DNA of 32,000 nucleotides from Candidatus Omnitrophota bacterium (GTDB lineage Bacteria; Omnitrophota; Gorgyraeia; 2-01-FULL-45-10): NCBI GenBank assembly GCA_023818895.1, contig JAMWCX010000002.1, positions 360,001 to 392,000 of the forward strand, read 5' to 3'. Shown piece by piece: positions 18,123 to 23,784 of this stretch (position 1 is its first letter; each line of letters starts with the position of its first letter). The notes under the pieces were generated by a model. It saw only the letters and a program-made list of their open reading frames with translations, ran no database searches and was not told where the DNA came from. The position numbers and the translations under genes were made by a program.

Positions 18123-19894
18123 TCCGCCTCATCCACCATGTCGGGCAATATCTCTTTGAGCTTCTTCCTTGCGAAAATCTCCACCTCTTTACCCGTCGAC
18201 AATGTCAGGGCTTCTTCGGCTATAACTTTGGCCTGCGTCATAGTAACAGCCCTTATTATGCGTTTTATCTCCGGCACAGCTATAGGCGAAGTGCTGAATT
18301 CATCAAGGCCAAGACCAAGCAATATGACAGTCATGATCGTATCGCCAGCCATCTCCCCGCACATCCCCACCCAGATGTCGGCTTTGTGCCCATTCTCAAT
18401 TATATTCTTTATAAGACGTAGGACGGCCGGATGCGCTGGCTCATAGAGATACGCTATTTTTTCGTTCACCCTGTCTACGGCAAGCGAATACTGTATTAGA
18501 TCATTAGTCCCTATGGAGAAGAAATCTACTTCCTTGGCAAGTATGTCAGCTGTAAGGGCCGCTGAAGGCACTTCTATCATCGCACCCACTTCTATATTCT
18601 CATCGAAAGGAAGGTTTTCTTTTTTAAGCTCCTTCTTGGCCTCCTCCAGAAGCGCGTTGGCCTGCTGCAGCTCAGTAAGCCCTGATATCATGGGATACAT
18701 TAACCTTAGCTTACCATGAGCCGATGCGCGCAAGATGGCCCTCAGTTGAGCTTTGAATATATCGGGCCTGGCCAAGCAGAACCTTATGGCCCGCCAGCCG
18801 AGGAAAGGATTCATTTGTTGGGGTACTTCCAGCTGAGAGAGAAACTTGTCACCGCCTATATCGAGAGTTCTTATAGTAACGGGGTATGGCTTAAGTTTTT
18901 TGGCGACGGAAGAATAGGCCTTGAACTGTTCCTCTTCAGTTGGCAGGTCCTTACGGTTCATGTAAAAGTATTCTGTTCGATAGAGGCCAATACCCTCGGC
19001 ACCATGAGCAAGCACCGACGGCACATCCTCAGGCACCTCTATATTAGAAGCGAGTTCTATCTTCCTGCCGTCGAGGGTCACACATGGCAGATTCTTCAGC
19101 TCCATCAGGTGCTTTTCAAAGGAGATTAACCTCTCCCTCTCTAACTCATATTTCCTTAATGTCTTCGGCGAGGGATTTACGACGACAATACCATGGGTAC
19201 CGTCAACGATTATCATATCGCCAGACTCAACCTTCTTGGTAAGAACCTCAAGGCCTACAACCGCTGGTATCTCAAGCGACTTGGCCATGATAGCGGTATG
19301 GGAGGTCCTGCCACCTATGTCCGTTGCAAAACCTTTTACATTTTTCTTATGCATAGTAGCGGTATCGGACGGCGAAAGGTCATAGGCGACAACCACAACT
19401 TTTTCTTTGAGGTTCGAAAGAAGGTCCTCTTTGGCGCCTATCAAATTCCTTAATATTCTTCTGCCAACATCGTTTATATCGCTTATACGCTCTTTTAGGT
19501 ATTCATCATCCATCTCGGAAAATACTTTGATATAGCGCCGTAGCACGTCCTGAAATATATATTCTATGCCCAGCTTCTCCTTCTTTAGCTTAGAAATAAC
19601 CTCCTCTATAAGCATGGCGTCGTCAATGACCAAAAGATGGGCGCTGAATATCTGGCCGTGCTCGGCGCCCAATTCATCGGAAATGCGTTTCTTTATTTCA
19701 AGGATCTCATTCTTAGTCTGCAAAAGAGCTTCCTTGAAGCGTTTTATCTCGTTCTGGACCTGCGCGTCAGTAATATTGCGACGGGAAATCGTGTACTGTT
19801 CTCTGCCATAAAGGAAGGCCTTGCCACTGACAATCCCTGGAGATGCCGGAATGCCTTTAAGCACCATTTCTTTCTTTTTCGATATCATAGTCAT
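18119..19894 (-). CDS. ptsI: Phosphoenolpyruvate-protein phosphotransferase (PTS Enzyme I)
   Basis: 591 aa. Active-site His context DIGGRTSHTAIMAKSLEIPAVVG. PEP-utilizer motifs IGTNDLIQYSLAVDR and MCGEMAGD. Confidence 0.9.
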   Translation of the reverse strand: MTMISKKKEMVLKGIPASPGIVSGKAFLYGREQYTISRRNITDAQVQNEIKRFKEALLQTKNEILEIKKRISDELGAEHGQIFSAHLLVIDDAMLIEEVISKLKKEKLGIEYIFQDVLRRYIKVFSEMDDEYLKERISDINDVGRRILRNLIGAKEDLLSNLKEKVVVVAYDLSPSDTATMHKKNVKGFATDIGGRTSHTAIMAKSLEIPAVVGLEVLTKKVESGDMIIVDGTHGIVVVNPSPKTLRKYELERERLISFEKHLMELKNLPCVTLDGRKIELASNIEVPEDVPSVLAHGAEGIGLYRTEYFYMNRKDLPTEEEQFKAYSSVAKKLKPYPVTIRTLDIGGDKFLSQLEVPQQMNPFLGWRAIRFCLARPDIFKAQLRAILRASAHGKLRLMYPMISGLTELQQANALLEEAKKELKKENLPFDENIEVGAMIEVPSAALTADILAKEVDFFSIGTNDLIQYSLAVDRVNEKIAYLYEPAHPAVLRLIKNIIENGHKADIWVGMCGEMAGDTIMTVILLGLGLDEFSTSPIAVPEIKRIIRAVTMTQAKVIAEEALTLSTGKEVEIFARKKLKEILPDMVDEAE

Positions 19895-19897
19895 ACT

Positions 19898-20176
19898 TTA
19901 AATCACAAGATTATCAATATTCTCGCTAAGTAGAAGCTCTTCCAGCTCTTTGACACACTTTTCCGCGTCATCACCGTTTGCAACAATGGTTACCTTGGAG
20001 CCAACCCCCGCCTCAAGCATCATTATCCCCATAATAGATTTACCATTAACTTTTGTTCTTCCTTTGGTCACAGTGATGTCACTATTAAACTTGTTCGCTA
20101 TCTGGACGAAAAGTGCCGCAGGTCTCGCGTGGAGCCCCTGTTTGTTTTTTATAACGATGGTCTTTTCCACTACCAT
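19898..20176 (-). CDS. ptsH: Phosphocarrier protein HPr
   Basis: 92 aa. His15 context QGLHARPAALF and Ser46 context VNGKSIMGIMML. Confidence 0.9.
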   Translation of the reverse strand: MVVEKTIVIKNKQGLHARPAALFVQIANKFNSDITVTKGRTKVNGKSIMGIMMLEAGVGSKVTIVANGDDAEKCVKELEELLLSENIDNLVI

Positions 20177-20178
20177 AC

Positions 20179-21423
20179 TTAATTTTTAGACTTTTTAAGA
20201 CTTGTGATGAGATCGATTATAATTTTTGATAGTCTTGCAGCGTCATGCCTTACGTAATCTTTGGTGCTTACTATATGCGCCTCTATAATTTTCGTTTTCA
20301 GCTTCTTCAGGTTTTCGGTATCCACCACTACCGGATAAGACTCCTCAGACCTATATTTTTCTAGCATCGTCTCAGGTATTTTTGCGGTATTTACTATGCA
20401 GTAGCCGACCAAGCCGGGCGCTGTATGTTCCAGTATGGCTCTAAGATGGTCGCTTGCCTTGTAACCATCAGTCTCGCCCTTCTGAGTCATAACGTTGCAT
20501 ACATATATCTTTATGGCTTTTGATGCAAGCAACTCCTTATAAAGGCCCGCTACCAGCAAGTTTGGCATTATGCTCGTATAAAGGCTTCCTGGCCCCAGAA
20601 CAACGGCATCGGCTCTGCGAATAGCATCTATAGCTTCCGATGTTGGTTTACAATCCCCCGGCCTTAAGTAAACTCTCTTTATGGGGCTTGAGGACTTAGG
20701 AATACTGCTTTCGCCCACGGTTTCCGAACCGTCGGCATGCATTGCTACCAAAGATGTCTTTTCCAAGGTTGAAGGGACAACGCTACCTCTTATGGCAAGA
20801 ACCTTACTCGATTCTTTTATAGCGGCGTCAAAATCTCCGGTAACCTTTGTCATGGCGGCGATGAAGAGATTGCCGAAGCTGTGCCCTTCAAGGCCGGTTC
20901 CTTCCCCAAACCTAAACTGGAAGAGCTTTCCCATCAGAGGTTCGGCGTCAGCGAGCGCCACAAGGCAGTTGCGTATATCGCCGGGGGGCAGCATATCAAG
21001 ATCTTTTCTGAGTCTTCCGGATGAGCCGCCATCATCAGCTACCGTAACAATCGCCGTCAGGTTCGATGTATACTCTTTTAGGCCGTGAAGCATCGTCGAC
21101 AGGCCCGTCCCTCCGCCTATAACAACTATCTTTGGTCCTTTATCAAGAACTCTCCTCTGATAAACCCTATCAACGAGCTCGTCCCTGCCCTCCGGCAGGA
21201 TAACTGTTACGAACGACTTTATTATCCTCTTGATGCCTGTAACGACACCCAGTATACCCAATATTATTATAACTGCCGCGAAAGTTTTGTTCTTGGGTGT
21301 CTGTTCCAGAAGCACCATCACGAATCCCATTGATATCATGATGATGCCAAAGACGGATAATAATATCCATCTTTTGACCCACATGCCGGGATAGAGCCAC
21401 TTAAAGGCTTTAAGTATTTTCAC
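20179..21423 (-). CDS. yvcK: YvcK/CofD-like gluconeogenesis factor homolog with an N-terminal two-helix membrane extension
   Basis: 414 aa. Core motif KIVVIGGGTGLSTMLHGLK plus VADDGGSSGRLR. About 85 N-terminal residues contain two hydrophobic helices (WILLSVFGIIMISMGFVMVLL and FAAVIIILGILGVVTGI). The start is a GTG at 21423 and is uncertain. Confidence 0.8.
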   Translation of the reverse strand: MKILKAFKWLYPGMWVKRWILLSVFGIIMISMGFVMVLLEQTPKNKTFAAVIIILGILGVVTGIKRIIKSFVTVILPEGRDELVDRVYQRRVLDKGPKIVVIGGGTGLSTMLHGLKEYTSNLTAIVTVADDGGSSGRLRKDLDMLPPGDIRNCLVALADAEPLMGKLFQFRFGEGTGLEGHSFGNLFIAAMTKVTGDFDAAIKESSKVLAIRGSVVPSTLEKTSLVAMHADGSETVGESSIPKSSSPIKRVYLRPGDCKPTSEAIDAIRRADAVVLGPGSLYTSIMPNLLVAGLYKELLASKAIKIYVCNVMTQKGETDGYKASDHLRAILEHTAPGLVGYCIVNTAKIPETMLEKYRSEESYPVVVDTENLKKLKTKIIEAHIVSTKDYVRHDAARLSKIIIDLITSLKKSKN

Positions 21424-21446
21424 CTTGTATGTTTTCCCATGCTGGC

Positions 21447-21911
21447 CTAATACTTCTTGGAGTCTTCTTCTTGAATTATGCGAAGGATCTCTTTTTCGTC
21501 TTTAGCCTTCTTCAAGAGCTCTCTGAAATACTTATCCTTGAGCATCCTGGATATCCTGGCCAGCGCCTTGAGATGAGGACCCGCAGATTCCTCCGGCGCT
21601 ATAAGCAAAAAGAAGATATAAACTGGCTCTCCGTCGAGAGAGTCGAAGTTAACGCCCTTTTGAGAAAGGCCAAACGCCGCAACAAGGTTTTTTACACTTG
21701 GCGTTTTAGCGTGGGGTATGCCTATTCCCTGGCCTATGCCAGTCGAACCCAGCGATTCTCTGGTAAGAAGCGCCTTTATAAGCTCGTCTTTATTCTTGAT
21801 ATCTTCCGCTTTTGATAGCAGATCCACCAACTCTTTTATGACTTCCTGTTTATCGGTTGCTTTAAGGTTGGCGGTCACGGCTTTCTTGTTCAAAAAATCC
21901 ATTATCTTCAT
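21447..21911 (-). CDS. ptsN: PTS EIIA-Ntr type regulatory protein PtsN
   Basis: 154 aa. Phosphorylatable His context GIGQGIGIPHAKT and an EIIA(Fru/Ntr) fold pattern. Shine-Dalgarno AAGAAGGTG lies upstream. Confidence 0.85.
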   Translation of the reverse strand: MKIMDFLNKKAVTANLKATDKQEVIKELVDLLSKAEDIKNKDELIKALLTRESLGSTGIGQGIGIPHAKTPSVKNLVAAFGLSQKGVNFDSLDGEPVYIFFLLIAPEESAGPHLKALARISRMLKDKYFRELLKKAKDEKEILRIIQEEDSKKY

Positions 21912-21933
21912 TCAAACACCTTCTTTCTTAGAT

Positions 21934-21960
21934 AAAAAACTGGCTTGATATACGAAGCCC
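21934..21960 (-). terminator. Weak terminator-like hairpin after tRNA-Gly
   Basis: In minus sense: GGCTT-CGTATATC-AAGCC followed by AGTTTTTTAT. The stem is only 5 bp. Confidence 0.35.
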
Positions 21961-21988
21961 ACTCGAGACCAAGTATACAAGCGAATTA

Positions 21989-22063
21989 TGGAGCGGCGGA
22001 TGGGTTTCGAACCCACGACATCCAGCTTGGCAAGCTGGCATTCTACCACTGAATTACCGCCGC
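21989..22063 (-). tRNA. tRNA-Gly (anticodon GCC), CCA encoded
   Basis: Hand-folded cloverleaf: GCGGCGG TA ATTC-AGTGGTA-GAAT G CCAGC-TTGCCAA-GCTGG ATGTC GTGGG-TTCGAAA-CCCAT CCGCCGC T CCA. Length 75 nt. Confidence 0.9.
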
Positions 22064-22073
22064 ATAATATCTG

Positions 22074-22148
22074 TGTAATGTTCATAGTGTAATGCGTAAT
22101 GCTTACAGCCTTTACACATTACACATTACACATTACACGTTACACATT
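22074..22148. repeat. Heptamer array: ACACATT x5 (22114..22148, one copy ACACGTT) facing three inverted copies (TGTAATG/CGTAATG at 22074..22080, 22088..22094, 22095..22101)
   Basis: Read directly from the sequence. The two arms can form a long imperfect hairpin: gtgtaatgcgtaatg pairs with cattacacattacac with one mismatch. It sits between the displaced tRNA-Lys 3' block and the 5' end of tRNA-Gly. Confidence 0.8.
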
Positions 22149-22159
22149 AAACAATTATA

Positions 22160-22281
22160 TGGTGCCCGCACCAAGAATCGGCTACTCCGGTTCGCAGAGC
22201 TCACCTGCGTAGCCAGCCCGCTCGCTGTCGCCCAGAGGGCTTTTCCTCCCGTTGGTCGGCGCTCGCGGGCTTCGATTCTTG
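22160..22281 (-). ncRNA. tRNA-3'-end-capped structured element, Lys-type (unclassified)
   Basis: 122 nt in the tRNA-sense orientation. It ends in CGATTCTTGGTGCGGGCACCA, identical to the last 21 nt of tRNA-Lys (22326..22346). It shares a core and a fold with the Leu-linked copies; see findings. Confidence 0.55.
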
Positions 22282-22325
22282 CTGATGTTATCTTATAATC
22301 CGCTACCTGGCAATAAGCAATATGA

Positions 22326-22401
22326 TGGTGCCCGCACCAAGAATCGAACTTGGAACCTTGACATTAAGAGTGTCCTGCTCTGCCAATTGAGCTATGCGGG
22401 C
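22326..22401 (-). tRNA. tRNA-Lys (anticodon CTT), CCA encoded
   Basis: Hand-folded: GCCCGCA TA GCTC-AATTGGCA-GAGC A GGACA-CTCTTAA-TGTCA AGGTT CCAAG-TTCGATT-CTTGG TGCGGGC A CCA. Length 76 nt. There is one G.A mismatch at position 27:43. Confidence 0.85.
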
Positions 22402-22426
22402 AGATCGATCACTGACTTAGCGCAAA

Positions 22427-22457
22427 ATTATTAATGGCTATAACCTGCTTTATGCAA
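22427..22457 (-). promoter_or_regulatory. Possible promoter for the tRNA-Lys/tRNA-Gly cluster
   Basis: In minus sense, TTGCAT (22452..22457) is followed 17 to 19 nt later by TTAATAAT. The position of the -10 hexamer is ambiguous. Confidence 0.3.
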
Positions 22458-22658
22458 CTCATGCCTTGAAATTCGTAAAAAATATTTCTCGGTTACATGC
22501 GGTATCAGAGACAGGCGGATAACCCATAGTTACGATCTCCGAATCATCATAATCCTTAACAGATCCGGACGATTTTAAGCTAACTAGATATAAAATCAAT
22601 ATTTGAGGTATTATTTTAACAAAATAAGATATTTAATGCAAGAGGGAAAATAACTGAG

Positions 22659-22685
22659 AGTATAATATTTTTTAGAAATTATACT
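22659..22685 (-). terminator. AT-only hairpin downstream of vanZ (weak terminator candidate)
   Basis: AGTATAAT-11 nt-ATTATACT forms a perfect 8-bp stem. In minus sense it is followed by CTCAGTTATTTT. Confidence 0.3.
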
Positions 22686-22726
22686 ATGTGGAGAAATGAA
22701 GTAAAATTATAAACGCGTAAACCTTA

Positions 22727-23113
22727 TTATATCAAATCCTGCTCTTCTCTATAAGTAAAGATAAGAATCCCCGCTGCGGCGCCGATGTAATCGAAGATAA
22801 GGTCGTAAAAACTACATGTGCGGTTTGCGACAAAAATTTGGTGGCGCTCATCCGCGTAAGCGAAAAAAGTCACAAAAATGATAGTTATTACAAAATTGGC
22901 GATTATGCCGGCACCACACCATGTCTTCATTATGGCCCGCATGCTCAAAAAAGATATGACAAGAAATTCCACAAAGTGAGCAACCTTGTCGAAATGGAAC
23001 CTGTTAAGGTCAGGTAGGCGCATTCCATCTATTGACGATAAATAGTAGGCAGCAAAAACACACACTGCCAATGGCAACCAAGACCAAATCAATGATGTTC
23101 GACTCTTTTTCAT
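22727..23113 (-). CDS. VanZ-like family membrane protein
   Basis: 128 aa with four hydrophobic helices. VanZ-type motifs DKVAHFVEFLVISFL and YADERHQIFVANRTCSFYDLIFDYIGAAAG. Confidence 0.75.
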   Translation of the reverse strand: MKKSRTSLIWSWLPLAVCVFAAYYLSSIDGMRLPDLNRFHFDKVAHFVEFLVISFLSMRAIMKTWCGAGIIANFVITIIFVTFFAYADERHQIFVANRTCSFYDLIFDYIGAAAGILIFTYREEQDLI

Positions 23114-23130
23114 ACGAGTTATTTAATTAT

Positions 23131-23171
23131 TAAACAAAAAAGCCAAGCTAAATTATGCCATTAGCTTGGCT
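23131..23171 (-). terminator. Strong rho-independent terminator ending the tRNA-Arg/tRNA-Leu/element transcription unit
   Basis: In minus sense: AGCCAAGCTAA-9 nt-TTAGCTTGGCT, a perfect 11-bp stem, followed by TTTTTTGTTT. Confidence 0.75.
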
Positions 23172-23504
23172 CGAAAATAGCTCTAGTGAGCTCTTTCTGC
23201 GTTTTACACACGTTTTCAGAATATCTTATATTTTTTTGCTCTAACAGAAACAATTAAACCTTATCATATAAAATGATAAATGTCAATATATAATACTACA
23301 TTTTGTTCTCTTAACACGAATGTTTTAACTATTGTATTGGTTAGATTTTTTAATGGAAAATTAGCGCTCTGTTCTTAATGAGGTAACGATAAATTAAAGT
23401 TGTCTGGAGGAGCAAAAAATGTATTTAACTTTCATTGACGACATTATTAGCAAACCGGCTTGCTATAGGTAGCTTCGAGTGGATAGCGAGTTGAATTCGT
23501 AGGA

Positions 23505-23622
23505 TGGTGCGGATGGAGGGAGTTGGTCCTTCGGCCGTCAGAGCCGTCCTTCGGACCGGCCAATTTGCTGTCGGCCATAGGCCTTTTCCTCCTATTAGTC
23601 GGCGCAAATTGGCTTCAACTCC
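23505..23622 (-). ncRNA. tRNA-3'-end-capped structured element, Leu-type, distal copy
   Basis: 118 nt running from GGAGTTGAAGCC... to ...CAACTCCCTCCATCCGCACCA. Same fold as the Lys-type copy. Confidence 0.55.
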
Positions 23623-23644
23623 ACTCGAGTCATAACTCGTCAAC

Positions 23645-23762
23645 TGGTGCGGATGGAGGGAGTTGGTCCTTCGGCCGTCAGAGCCGTCCTTCGGACCGGC
23701 CAATTTGCTGTCGGCCATAGGCCTTTTCCTCCTATTAGTCGGCGCAAATTGGCTTCAACTCC
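23645..23762 (-). ncRNA. tRNA-3'-end-capped structured element, Leu-type, tRNA-proximal copy
   Basis: Identical to the copy at 23505..23622. A 22-nt spacer (GTTGACGAGTTATGACTCGAGT) separates it from the tRNA-Leu CCA. Confidence 0.55.
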
Positions 23763-23784
23763 ACTCGAGTCATAACTCGTCAAC

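Larger units (their letters stand above)
23505..23784 (-). repeat. Perfect tandem duplication, 2 x 140 bp (23505..23644 and 23645..23784), abutting the 3' end of tRNA-Leu
   Basis: The two units read as identical base for base. On the plus strand each begins with tggtgcggatggagggagttg, which is the reverse complement of the last 21 nt of tRNA-Leu. Confidence 0.9.

Noticed and set aside
22160-22281. Known self-cleaving ribozymes (hammerhead, twister) or an integron attC site as the explanation for the three-way-junction element.
   Set aside because: No CUGAUGA...GAAA hammerhead core sits at the junction; its linkers are only AA, one nt and zero nt. AAGC, AAAAG and GGAGG strings occur, but in an order incompatible with any circular permutation of the twister consensus as I recall it. 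The unit borders (GTTGACG) do not fit the attC R'/R'' GTTRRRY consensus. A novel ribozyme cannot be excluded by eye.
22092-22434. Plus-strand ORFs 22092..22298 and 22252..22434.
   Set aside because: They are antisense to the tRNA-Lys gene, the Lys-type element and the heptamer array. No Shine-Dalgarno sequence is present and the composition is driven by the underlying RNA genes.
23505-23762. The element considered as tmRNA, a two-piece tmRNA, or another tRNA-like RNA, because it combines a tRNA-like 3' end, an SD-like sequence and an ATG.
   Set aside because: No 5' strand is present to pair with the acceptor 3' strand, so no acceptor or T-arm minihelix forms. There is no tag-like reading frame. 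The 3' end is a copy of the neighbouring elongator tRNA rather than an alanine-type acceptor.
23505-23784. The tandem repeat considered as a CRISPR array.
   Set aside because: The 140-bp units are directly abutting and identical, with no unique spacers. The repeat length is far outside the CRISPR range and there are no cas genes.
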